This document shows positions 36,801 through 51,800 of a stretch of 64,000 nucleotides of DNA, in pieces. Under the pieces are notes generated by a model. The model saw only the letters and a list, made by a program, of their open reading frames with translations. It ran no database searches and had not been told where the DNA came from. The stretch covers positions 1 to 64,000 of the forward strand of contig JAUCBJ010008109.1 in the NCBI GenBank assembly GCA_032718475.1. Reading direction: 5' to 3'. A program made the position numbers and the translations under genes. The first letter of the stretch is position 1; every line of letters begins with the position of its first letter. The stretch comes from Nemertoderma westbladi (Eukaryota > Animalia > Xenacoelomorpha).

Positions 36801-39800
36801 GGATGGACTCACAGTTACAATGGATGTAAAACAAAGGGATGGATAGACTCACAGTTACAATGGATGTTAAACAAAGGGATAGACTCACAGTTACAATGGA
36901 TGTAAAACAAAGGGATGGATAGACTCACAGTTACAATGGATGTTAAACAAAGGGATAGACTCACAGTTACAATGGATGTTAAACAAAGGGATGGATAGAC
37001 TCACAGTTACAATGGATGTAAAACAAAGGGATGGATAGACTCATAGTTACAATGGATGTAAAACAAAGGGATGGACTCACAGTTACAATGGATGTAAAAC
37101 AAAGGGATAGACTCACAGTTACAATGGATGTTAAACAAAGGGATGGACTCACAGTTACAATGGATGTAAAACAAAGGGATAGACTCACAGTTACAATGGA
37201 GTGGATGTTAAACAAAGGGATGGACTCACAGTTACAATGGATGTAAAACAAAGGGATGGATAGACTCACAGTTACAATGGATGTTAAACAAAGGGATGGA
37301 TAGACTCACAGTTACAATGGATGTAAAACAAAGGGATGGATAGACTCACAGTTACAATGGATGTTAAACAAAGGGATGGACTCACAGTTACAATGGATGT
37401 TAAACAAAGGGATAGACTCACAGTTACAATGGAGTGGATGTTAAACAAAGGGATGGATAGACTCACAGTTACAATGGATGTAAAACAAAGGGATGGATAG
37501 ACTCACAGTTACAATGGATGTAAAACAAAGGGATGGATAGACTCACAGTTACAATGGATGTAAAACAAAGGGATGGATAGACTCACAGTTACAATGGATG
37601 TAAAACAAAGGGATGGATAGACTCACAGTTACAATGGATGTAAAACAAAGGGATGGATAGACTCACAGTTACAATGGATGTAAAACAAAGGGATGGATAG
37701 ACTCACAGTTACAATGGATGTTAAACAAAGGGATAGACTCACAGTTACAATGGAGTGGATGTTAAACAAAGGGATGGATAGACTCACAGTTACAATGGAT
37801 GTAAAACAAAGGGATGGATAGACTCACAGTTACAATGGAGTGGATGTTAAACAAAGGGATGGATAGACTCACAGTTACAATGGATGTAAAACAAAGGGAT
37901 GGATAGACTCACAGTTACAATGGATGTTAAACAAAGGGATAGACTCACAGTTACAATGGAGTGGATGTTAAACAAAGGGATGGATAGACTCACAGTTACA
38001 ATGGATGTAAAACAAAGGGATGGATAGACTCACAGTTACAATGGATGTAAAACAAAGGGATGGATAGACTCACAGTTACAATGGATGTAAAACAAAGGGA
38101 TAGACTCACAGTTACAATGGAGTGGATGTTAAACAAAGGGATGGATAGACTCACAGTTACAATGGATGTAAAACAAAGGGATGGATAGACTCACAGTTAC
38201 AATGGATGTAAAACAAAGGGATGGATAGACTCACAGTTACAATGGATGTAAAACAAAGGGATGGATAGACTCACAGTTACAATGGATGTAAAACAAAGGG
38301 ATGGATAGACTCACAGTTACAATGGATGTAAAACAAAGGGATAGACTCACAGTTACAATGGAGTGGATGTTAAACAAAGGGATGGATAGACTCACAGTTA
38401 CAATGGATGTAAAACAAAGGGATGGATAGACTCACAGTTACAATGGATGTAAAACAAAGGGATGGATAGACTCACAGTTACAATGGATGTAAAACAAAGG
38501 GATGGATAGACTCACAGTTACAATGGATGTAAAACAAAGGGATGGATAGACTCACAGTTACAATGGATGTAAAACAAAGGGATGGATAGACTCACAGTTA
38601 CAATGGATGTAAAACAAAGGGATGGATAGACTCACAGTTACAATGGATGTTAAACAAAGGGATAGACTCACAGTTACAATGGAGTGGATGTTAAACAAAG
38701 GGATGGATAGACTCACAGTTACAATGGATGTAAAACAAAGGGATGGATAGACTCACAGTTACAATGGATGTAAAACAAAGGGATGGATAGACTCACAGTT
38801 ACAATGGATGTAAAACAAAGGGATGGATAGACTCACAGTTACAATGGATGTAAAACAAAGGGATGGATAGACTCACAGTTACAATGGATGTTAAACAAAG
38901 GGATAGACTCACAGTTACAATGGAGTGGATGTTAAACAAAGGGATGGATAGACTCACAGTTACAATGGATGTAAAACAAAGGGATGGATAGACTCACAGT
39001 TACAATGGATGTTAAACAAAGGGATAGACTCACAGTTACAATGGATGTTAAACAAAGGGATGGATAGACTCACAGTTACAATGGATGTAAAACAAAGGGA
39101 TGGATAGACTCATAGTTACAATGGATGTAAAACAAAGGGATGGATAGACTCACAGTTACAATGGATGTAAAACAAAGGGATGGATAGACTCACAGTTACA
39201 ATGGATGTTAAACAAAGGGATAGACTCACAGTTACAATGGATGTTAAACAAAGGGATGGATAGACTCACAGTTACAATGGATGTAAAACAAAGGGATGGA
39301 TAGACTCACAGTTACAATGGATGTTAAACAAAGGGATAGACTCACAGTTACAATGGATGTAAAACAAAGGGATGGACTCACAGTTACAATGGATGTTAAA
39401 CAAAGGGATGGACTCACAGTTACAATGGAGTGGATGTTAAACAAAGGGATGGATAGACTCACAGTTACAATGGATGTAAAACAAAGGGATGGATAGACTC
39501 ACAGTTACAATGGATGTTAAACAAAGGGATAGACTCACAGTTACAATGGATGTTAAACAAAGGGATGGATAGACTCACAGTTACAATGGATGTAAAACAA
39601 AGGGATGGATAGACTCATAGTTACAATGGATGTAAAACAAAGGGATGGATAGACTCACAGTTACAATGGATGTAAAACAAAGGGATGGATAGACTCACAG
39701 TTACAATGGATGTTAAACAAAGGGATAGACTCACAGTTACAATGGATGTTAAACAAAGGGATGGATAGACTCACAGTTACAATGGATGTAAAACAAAGGG

Positions 39801-42800
39801 ATGGATAGACTCACAGTTACAATGGATGTTAAACAAAGGGATAGACTCACAGTTACAATGGATGTTAAACAAAGGGATGGATAGACTCACAGTTACAATG
39901 GATGTAAAACAAAGGGATGGATAGACTCATAGTTACAATGGATGTAAAACAAAGGGATGGATAGACTCACAGTTACAATGGATGTTAAACAAAGGGATAG
40001 ACTCACAGTTACAATGGATGTTAAACAAAGGGATGGATAGACTCACAGTTACAATGGATGTAAAACAAAGGGATGGATAGACTCATAGTTACAATGGATG
40101 TAAAACAAAGGGATAGACTCACAGTTACAATGGAGTGGATGTTAAACAAAGGGATGGACTCACAGTTACAATGGATGTTAAACAAAGGGATGGATAGACT
40201 CACAGTTACAATGGATGTTAAACAAAGGGATAGACTCATAGTTACAATGGATGTTAAACAAAGGGATGGACTCACAGTTACAATAGATTGCATGTAAAAC
40301 AAAGGGATGGATAGACTCACAGTTACAATGGATGTAAAACAAAGGGATGGACTCACAGTTACAATGGATGTAAAACAAAGGGATGGATAGACTCACAGTT
40401 ACAATGGATGTTAAACAAAGGGATGGACTCACAGTTACAATAGATTGCATGTAAAACAAAGGGATGGATAGACTCACAGTTACAATGGATTGCATGTAAA
40501 ACAAAGGGATGGACTCACAGTTACAATGGATGTAAAACAAAGGGATGGATAGACTCACAGTTACAATGGATGTTAAACAAAGGGATGGACTCACAGTTAC
40601 AATAGATTGCATGTAAAACAAAGGGATGGATAGACTCACAGTTACAATGGATGTAAAACAAAGGGATGGATAGACTCACAGTTACAATGGATGTTAAACA
40701 AAGGGATAGACTCACAGTTACAATGGATGTTAAACAAAGGGATGGATAGACTCACAGTTACAATGGATGTAAAACAAAGGGATGGATAGACTCACAGTTA
40801 CAATGGATGTAAAACAAAGGGATAGACTCACAGTTACAATGGATGTTAAACAAAGGGATGGACTCACAGTTACAATGGATGTTAAACAAAGGGATGGATA
40901 GACTCACAGTTACAATGGATGTAAAACAAAGGGATGGATAGACTCACAGTTACAATGGATGTTAAACAAAGGGATAGACTCACAGTTACAATGGATGTTA
41001 AACAAAGGGATGGATAGACTCACAGTTACAATGGATGTAAAACAAAGGGATGGATAGACTCACAGTTACAATGGATGTTAAACAAAGGGATAGACTCACA
41101 GTTACAATGGATGTTAAACAAAGGGATGGACTCACAGTTACAATGGATGTTAAACAAAGGGATGGATAGACTCACAGTTACAATGGATGTAAAACAAAGG
41201 GATGGATAGACTCACAGTTACAATGGATGTAAAACAAAGGGATAGACTCACAGTTACAATGGATGTTAAACAAAGGGATGGACTCACAGTTACAATGGAT
41301 GTTAAACAAAGGGATGGATAGACTCACAGTTACAATGGATGTAAAACAAAGGGATGGATAGACTCACAGTTACAATGGATGTAAAACAAAGGGATGGATA
41401 GACTCACAGTTACAATGGATGTAAAACAAAGGGATAGACTCACAGTTACAATGGATGTTAAACAAAGGGATGGACTCACAGTTACAATGGATGTTAAACA
41501 AAGGGATGGATAGACTCACAGTTACAATGGATGTAAAACAAAGGGATGGATAGACTCACAGTTACAATGGATGTTAAACAAAGGGATAGACTCACAGTTA
41601 CAATGGATGTTAAACAAAGGGATGGATAGACTCACAGTTACAATGGATGTAAAACAAAGGGATGGATAGACTCACAGTTACAATGGATGTTAAACAAAGG
41701 GATAGACTCACAGTTACAATGGATGTTAAACAAAGGGATGGATAGACTCACAGTTACAATGGATGTTAAACAAAGGGATGGATAGACTCACAGTTACAAT
41801 GGATGTTAAACAAAGGGATAGACTCACAGTTACAATGGATGTTAAACAAAGGGATGGATAGACTCACAGTTACAATGGATGTAAAACAAAGGGATAGACT
41901 CACAGTTACAATGGATGTTAAACAAAGGGATAGACTCACAGTTACAATGGATGTTAAACAAAGGGATGGATAGACTCACAGTTACAATGGATGTAAAACA
42001 AAGGGATGGATAGACTCACAGTTACAATGGATGTTAAACAAAGGGATGGACTCACAGTTACAATGGATGTTAAACAAAGGGATGGACTCACAGTTACAAT
42101 GGATGTTAAACAAAGGGATGGACTCACAGTTACAATAGATTGCATGTAAAACAAAGGGATGGATAGACTCATAGTTACAATGGATGTTAAACAAAGGGAT
42201 GGATAGACTCACAGTTACAATGGATGTAAAACAAAGGGATGGACTCATAGTTACAATGGATGTAAAACAAAGGGATGGACTCACAGTTACAATGGATGTT
42301 AAACAAAGGGATGGACTCACAGTTACAATGGATGTTAAACAAAGGGATGGATAGACTCACAGTTACAATGGATGTTAAACAAAGGGATAGACTCACAGTT
42401 ACAATGGATGTTAAACAAAGGGATGGATAGACTCACAGTTACAATGGATGTAAAACAAAGGGATGGATAGACTCATAGTTACAATGGATGTAAAACAAAG
42501 GGATAGACTCACAGTTACAATGGATGTTAAACAAAGGGATAGACTCATAGTTACAATGGATGTAAAACAAAGGGATGGACTCACAGTTACAATAGATTGC
42601 ATGTAAAACAAAGGGATAGACTCACAGTTACAATGGATGTTAAACAAAGGGATGGACTCACAGTTACAATGGATGTAAAACAAAGGGATAGACTCACAGT
42701 TACAATAGATTGCATGTAAAACAAAGGGATAGACTCACAGTTACAATGGATGTAAAACAAAGGGATGGACTCACAGTTACAATAGATTGCATGTAAAACA

Positions 42801-45800
42801 AAGGGATAGACTCACAGTTACAATGGATGTTAAACAAAGGGATGGATGGACTCACAGTTACAATGGATGTAAAACAAAGGGATAGACTCACAGTTACAAT
42901 AGATTGCATGTAAAACAAAGGGATAGACTCACAGTTACAATGGATGTAAAACAAAGGGATGGACTCACAGTTACAATAGATTGCATGTAAAACAAAGGGA
43001 TAGACTCACAGTTACAATGGATGTTAAACAAAGGGATGGACTCACAGTTACAATGGATGTAAAACAAAGGGATGGATAGACTCACAGTTACAATGGATGT
43101 TAAACAAAGGGATAGACTCACAGTTACAATGGATGTAAAACAAAGGGATGGACTCACAGTTACAATAGATTGCATGTAAAACAAAGGGATAGACTCACAG
43201 TTACAATGGATGTTAAACAAAGGGATGGATAGACTCACAGTTACAATGGATGTTAAACAAAGGGATGGACTCACAGTTACAATGGATGTAAAACAAAGGG
43301 ATGGATAGACTCACAGTTACAATGGATGTTAAACAAAGGGATGGACTCACAGTTACAATGGATGTTAAACAAAGGGATGGACTCACAGTTACAATGAATG
43401 TTAAACAAAGGGATAGACTCACAGTTACAATGGATGTAAAACAAAGGGATGGACTCACAGTTACAATGGATGTAAAACAAAGGGATGGACTCACAGTTAC
43501 AATGGATGTAAAACAAAGGGATAGACTCACAGTTACAATGGATTGCATGTAAAACAAAGGGATAGACTCACAGTTACAATGGATGTAAAACAAAGGGATG
43601 GACTCACAGTTACAATGGATGTAAAACAAAGGGATAGACTCACAGTTACAATGGATGTAAAACAAAGGGATGGACTCACAGTTACAATGGATGTAAAACA
43701 AAGGGATGGACTCACAGTTACAATGGATGTAAAACAAAGGGATGGACTCACAGTTACAATGGATGTAAAACAAAGGGATGGACTCACAGTTACAATGGAT
43801 GTAAAACAAAGGGATGGACTCACAGTTACAATGGATGTAAAACAAAGGGATAGACTCACAGTTACAATAGATTGCATGTAAAACAAAGGGATAGACTCAC
43901 AGTTACAATGGATGTAAAACAAAGGGATGGACTCACAGTTACAATAGATTGCATGTAAAACAAAGGGATAGACTCACAGTTACAATGGATGTTAAACAAA
44001 GGGATGGATAGACTCACAGTTACAATGGATGTTAAACAAAGGGATGGACTCACAGTTACAATGGATGTAAAACAAAGGGATGGATAGACTCACAGTTACA
44101 ATGGATGTTAAACAAAGGGATGGACTCACAGTTACAATGGATGTAAAACAAAGGGATGGACTCACAGTTACAATGGATGTAAAACAAAGGGATGGACTCA
44201 CAGTTACAATGGATGTAAAACAAAGGGATAGACTCACAGTTACAATGGATTGCATGTAAAACAAAGGGATAGACTCACAGTTACAATGGATGTAAAACAA
44301 AGGGATGGACTCACAGTTACAATGGATGTAAAACAAAGGGATAGACTCACAGTTACAATGGATGTAAAACAAAGGGATGGACTCACAGTTACAATAGATT
44401 GCATGTAAAACAAAGGGATAGACTCACAGTTACAATGGATGTAAAACAAAGGGATGGACTCACAGTTACAATAGATTGCATGTAAAACAAAGGGATAGAC
44501 TCACAGTTACTATGGATGTAAAACAAAGGGATAGACTCACAGTTACAATGGATGTAAAACAAAGGGATAGACTCACAGTTACAATGGATGTAAAACAAAG
44601 GGATAGACTCACAGTTACAATAGATTGCATGTAAAACAAAGGGATAGACTCACAGTTACAATGGATGTAAAACAAAGGGATAGACTCACAGTTACAATGG
44701 ATGTAAAACAAAGGGATAGACTCACAGTTACAATGGATGTAAAACAAAGGGATAGACTCACAGTTACAATAGATTGCATGTAAAACAAAGGGATAGACTC
44801 ACAGTTACAATGGATGTAAAACAAAGGGATGGACTCACAGTTACAATGGATGTAAAACAAAGGGATGGACTCACAGTTACAATGGATGTAAAACAAAGGG
44901 ATGGACTCATAGTTACAATGGATGTAAAACAAAGGGATAGACTCACAGTTACAATGGATGTAAAACAAAGGGATGGACTCACAGTTACAATGGATGTAAA
45001 ACAAAGGGATGGACTCACAGTTACAATGGATGTAAAACAAAGGGATGGACTCACAGTTACAATGGATGTAAAACAAAGGGATGGACTCACAGTTACAATG
45101 GATGTAAAACAAAGGGATGGACTCACAGTTACAATGGATGTAAAACAAAGGGATGGACTCACAGTTACAATGGATGTAAAACAAAGGGATAGACTCACAG
45201 TTACAATAGATTGCATGTAAAACAAAGGGATAGACTCACAGTTACAATGGATGTAAAACAAAGGGATAGACTCACAGTTACAATGGATGTAAAACAAAGG
45301 GATGGACTCACAGTTACAATGGATGTAAAACAAAGGGATAGACTCACAGTTACAATGGATGTAAAACAAAGGGATGGACTCACAGTTACAATAGATTGCA
45401 TGTAAAACAAAGGGATAGACTCACAGTTACAATGGATGTTAAACAAAGGGATGGATGGACTCACAGTTACAATGGAGTGGATGTTAAACAAAGGGATGGA
45501 CTCACAGTTACAATGGATGTTAAACAAAGGGATAGACTCACAGTTACAATGGATGTAAAACAAAGGGATGGACTCACAGTTACAATGGATGTAAAACAAA
45601 GGGATGGACTCACAGTTACAATGGAGTGGATGTTAAACAAAGGGATGGATAGACTCATAGTTACAATGGATGTAAAACAAAGGGATGGACTCACAGTTAC
45701 AATGGAGTGGATGTTAAACAAAGGGATGGACTCACAGTTACAATGGATGTTAAACAAAGGGATAGACTCACAGTTACAATGGATGTAAAACAAAGGGATG

Positions 45801-48800
45801 GACTCACAGTTACAATGGATGTTAAACAAAGGGATAGACTCACAGTTACAATGGATGTAAAACAAAGGGATGGACTCACAGTTACAATGGATGTAAAACA
45901 AAGGGATGGACTCACAGTTACAATGGATGTTAAACAAAGGGATGGACTCACAGTTACAATGGAGTGGATGTTAAACAAAGGGATGGACTCACAGTTACAA
46001 TGGAGTGGATGTTAAACAAAGGGATGGACTCACAGTTACAATGGATGTAAAACAAAGGGATGGACTCACAGTTACAATGGATGTAAAACAAAGGGATGGA
46101 CTCACAGTTACAATGGATGTTAAACAAAGGGATGGACTCACAGTTACAATGGAGTGGATGTTAAACAAAGGGATGGACTCACAGTTACAATGGAGTGGAT
46201 GTTAAACAAAGGGATGGACTCACAGTTACAATGGATGTAAAACAAAGGGATGGACTCACAGTTACAATGGAGTGGATGTTAAACAAAGGGATGGACTCAC
46301 AGTTACAATGGATGTTAAACAAAGGGATAGACTCACAGTTACAATGGATGTAAAACAAAGGGATGGACTCACAGTTACAATGGATGTAAAACAAAGGGAT
46401 GGACTCACAGTTACAATGGATGTTAAACAAAGGGATGGACTCACAGTTACAATGGATGTTAAACAAAGGGATAGACTCACAGTTACAATGGATGTAAAAC
46501 AAATGGATGGATAGACTCATAGTTACAATGGATGTAAAACAAAGGGATGGATAGACTCACAGTTACAATGGAGTGGATGTTAAACAAAGGGATGGACTCA
46601 CAGTTACAATGGATGTTAAACAAAGGGATGGACTCACAGTTACAATGGAGTGGATGTTAAACAAAGGGATGGACTCACAGTTACAATGGATGTTAAACAA
46701 AGGGATAGACTCACAGTTACAATGGATGTAAAACAAAGGGATAGACTCATAGTTACAATGGATGTTAAACAAAGGGATAGACTCACAGTTACAATGGATG
46801 TAAAACAAAGGGATGGACTCACAGTTACAATGGATGTTAAACAAAGGGATGGATGGACTCACAGTTACAATGGATGTTAAACAAAGGGATGGATAGACTC
46901 ACAGTTACAATGGAGTGGATGTTAAACAAAGGGATGGACTCACAGTTACAATGGATGTTAAACAAAGGGATGGACTCACAGTTACAATGGATGTTAAACA
47001 AAGGGATGGATGGACTCACAGTTACAATGGATGTTAAACAAAGGGATGGATAGACTCACAGTTACAATGGAGTGGATGTTAAACAAAGGGATGGACTCAC
47101 AGTTACAATGGATGTTAAACAAAGGGATGGACTCACAGTTACAATGGATGTAAAACAAAGGGATGGACTCACAGTTACAATGGAGTGGATGTTAAACAAA
47201 GGGATGGACTCACAGTTACAATGGATGTTAAACAAAGGGATAGACTCACAGTTACAATGGATGTTAAACAAAGGGATGGATGGACTCGCAGTTACAATGG
47301 ATGTTAAACAAAGGGATGGACTCACAGTTACAATGGAGTGGATGTTAAACAAAGGGATGGACTCACAGTTACAATGGATGTTAAACAAAGGGATGGACTC
47401 ATAGTTACAATGGATGTTAAACAAAGGGATGGACTCACAGTTACAATGGATGTTAAACAAAGGGATGGATAGACTCACAGTTACAATGGATGTAAAACAA
47501 AGGGATGGATAGACTCACAGTTACAATGGATGTAAAACAAAGGGATGGACTCACAGTTACAATGGATGTTAAACAAAGGGATGGACTCACAGTTACAATG
47601 GATGTTAAACAAAGGGATGGATAGACTCACAGTTACAATGGAGTGGATGTTAAACAAAGGGATGGACTCACAGTTACAATGGATGTTAAACAAAGGGATG
47701 GATAGACTCACAGTTACAATGGATGTTAAACAAAGGGATGGATAGACTCACAGTTACAATGGATGTAAAACAAAGGGATGGACTCACAGTTACAATGGAG
47801 TGGATGTTAAACAAAGGGATGGACTCACAGTTACAATGGATGTTAAACAAAGGGATGGACTCACAGTTACAATGGAGTGGATGTTAAACAAAGGGATGGA
47901 CTCACAGTTACAATGGATGTTAAACAAAGGGATGGACTCACAGTTACAATGGATTGCATGTAAAACAAAGGGATGGATAGACTCACAGTTACAATGGATG
48001 TTAAACAAAGGGATGGACTCACAGTTACAATGGATGTTAAACAAAGGGATGGATAGACTCACAGTTACAATGGATGTTAAACAAAGGGATGGATAGACTC
48101 ACAGTTACAATGGATGTAAAACAAAGGGATGGACTCACAGTTACAATGGAGTGGATGTTAAACAAAGGGATGGACTCACAGTTACAATGGATGTAAAACA
48201 AAGGGATGGACTCACAGTTACAATGGATGTAAAACAAAGGGATGGACTCACAGTTACAATGGAGTGGATGTTAAACAAAGGGATGGACTCACAGTTACAA
48301 TGGATGTTAAACAAAGGGATGGACTCACAGTTACAATGGATTGCATGTAAAACAAAGGGATGGATAGACTCACAGTTACAATGGATGTTAAACAAAGGGA
48401 TGGACTCACAGTTACAATGGATGTTAAACAAAGGGATGGATAGACTCACAGTTACAATGGAGTGGATGTTAAACAAAGGGATGGACTCACAGTTACAATG
48501 GATGTTAAACAAAGGGATGGACTCACAGTTACAATGGAGTGGATGTTAAACAAAGGGATGGACTCACAGTTACAATGGATGTTAAACAAAGGGATGGATA
48601 GACTCACAGTTACAATGGATGTTAAACAAAGGGATGGACTCACAGTTACAATGGATGTAAAACAAAGGGATGGACTCACAGTTACAATGGAGTGGATGTT
48701 AAACAAAGGGATGGACTCACAGTTACAATGGATGTTAAACAAAGGGATGGACTCACAGTTACAATGGATTGCATGTAAAACAAAGGGATGGATAGACTCA

Positions 48801-51800
48801 CAGTTACAATGGATGTTAAACAAAGGGATGGACTCACAGTTACAATGGATTGCATGTAAAACAAAGGGATGGACTCACAGTTACAATGGATGTAAAACAA
48901 AGGGATGGACTCACAGTTACAATGGATTGCATGTAAAACAAAGGGATGGACTCACAGTTACAATGGATGTTAAACAAAGGGATGGACTCACAGTTACAAT
49001 GGATTGCATGTAAAACAAAGGGATGGACTCACAGTTACAATGGATGTAAAACAAAGGGATGGACTCACAGTTACAATGGATTGCATGTAAAACAAAGGGA
49101 TGGACTCACAGTTACAATGGATTGCATGTAAAACAAAGGGATGGACTCACAGTTACAATGGATGTTAAACAAAGGGATGGACTCACAGTTACAATGGATG
49201 TTAAACAAAGGGATGGACTCACAGTTACAATGGATTGCATGTAAAACAAAGGGATGGACTCACAGTTACAATGGATGTTAAACAAAGGGATGGACTCACA
49301 GTTACAATGGAGTGGATGTTAAACAAAGGGATGGACTCACAGTTACAATGGATGTTAAACAAAGGGATGGACTCACAGTTACAATGGATGTAAAACAAAG
49401 GGATGGATAGACTCACAGTTACAATGGATGTAAAACAAAGGGATGGACTCACAGTTACAATGGAGTGGATGTTAAACAAAGGGATGGACTCACAGTTACA
49501 ATGGATGTTAAACAAAGGGATGGATAGACTCACAGTTACAATGGATGTAAAACAAAGGGATGGATAGACTCACAGTTACAATGGATGTTAAACAAAGGGA
49601 TGGATAGACTCACAGTTACAATGGATGTAAAACAAAGGGATGGACTCACAGTTACAATGGAGTGGATGTTAAACAAAGGGATGGACTCACAGTTACAATG
49701 GATGTAAAACAAAGGGATGGACTCACAGTTACAATGATGTTAAACAAAGGGATGGACTCACAGTTACAATTTATGTTAAACAAATGGATGGACTCACAGT
49801 TACAATGGATGTAAAACAAAGGGATGGACTCACAGTTACAATGGATGTAAAACAAAGGGATGGATAGACTCACAGTTACAATGGAGTGGATGTTAAACAA
49901 AGGGATGGACTCACAGTTACAATGGATGTAAAACAAAGGGATGGATAGACTCACAGTTACAATGATGTTAAACAAAGGGATAGACTCACAGTTACAATGG
50001 ATGTTAAACAAAGGGATGGACTCATAGTTACAATGGATGTTAAACAAAGGGATGGACTCACAGTTACAATTTATGTTAAACAAATGGATGGACTCACAGT
50101 TACAATGGATGTAAAACAAAGGGATGGACTCACAGTTACAATGGATGTAAAACAAAGGGATGGATAGACTCACAGTTACAATGGATGTAAAACAAAGGGA
50201 TAGACTCACAGTTACAATGGAGTGGATGTTAAACAAAGGGATGGACTCACAGTTACAATGGATGTAAAACAAAGGGATGGATAGACTCACAGTTACAATG
50301 ATGTTAAACAAAGGGATAGACTCACAGTTACAATGGATGTTAAACAAAGGGATGGACTCATAGTTACAATGGATGTTAAACAAAGGGATGGACTCACAGT
50401 TACAATGGATGTAAAACAAAGGGATGGATAGACTCACAGTTACAATGATGTTAAACAAAGGGATGGACTCACAGTTACAATGGAGTGGATGTTAAACAAA
50501 GGGATGGACTCACAGTTACAATGGATGTTAAACAAAGGGATGGACTCATAGTTACAATGGATGTTAAACAAAGGGATGGACTCACAGTTACAATGGATGT
50601 TAAACAAAGGGATGGATAGACTCACAGTTACAATGATGTTAAACAAAGGGATGGACTCACAGTTACAATGGAGTGGATGTTAAACAAAGGGATGGACTCA
50701 CAGTTACAATGGATGTTAAACAAAGGGATGGATAGACTCACAGTTACAATGATGTTAAACAAAGGGATGGACTCACAGTTACAATGGATGTTAAACAAAG
50801 GGATGGACTCATAGTTACAATGGATGTTAAACAAAGGGATGGACTCACAGTTACAATGGATGTTAAACAAAGGGATGGATAGACTCACAGTTACAATGGA
50901 GTGGATGTTAAACAAAGGGATGGACTCACAGTTACAATGGATGTAAAACAAAGGGATGGACTCACAGTTACAATGGATGTAAAACAAAGGGATAGACTCA
51001 CAGTTACAATGGAGTGGATGTTAAACAAAGGGATGGACTCACAGTTACAATGGATGTTAAACAAAGGGATGGACTCATAGTTACAATGGATGTTAAACAA
51101 AGGGATGGACTCACAGTTACAATGGATGTAAAACAAAGGGATGGATAGACTCACAGTTACAATGGATGTAAAACAAAGGGATGGACTCACAGTTACAATG
51201 GAGTGGATGTTAAACAAAGGGATGGACTCACAGTTACAATGGAGTGGATGTTAAACAAAGGGATGGACTCACAGTTACAATGGATGTTAAACAAAGGGAT
51301 GGACTCACAGTTACAATGATGTTAAACAAAGGGATGGACTCATAGTTACAATGATGTTAAACAAAGGGATGGACTCACAGTTACAATGGAGTGGATGTTA
51401 AACAAAGGGATGGACTCACAGTTACAATGGATGTTAAACAAAGGGATGGACTCACAGTTACAATGGAGTGGATGTTAAACAAAGGGATGGACTCACAGTT
51501 ACAATGGATGTTAAACAAAGGGATGGACTCACAGTTACAATGATGTTAAACAAAGGGATGGACTCACAGTTACAATGGAGTGGATGTTAAACAAAGGGAT
51601 GGACTCACAGTTACAATGGATGTTAAACAAAGGGATGGACTCATAGTTACAATGGATGTAAAACAAAGGGATGGACTCACAGTTACAATGGAGTGGATGT
51701 TAAACAAAGGGATGGACTCACAGTTACAATGGATGTTAAACAAAGGGATGGACTCATAGTTACAATGGATGTTAAACAAAGGGATGGACTCACAGTTACA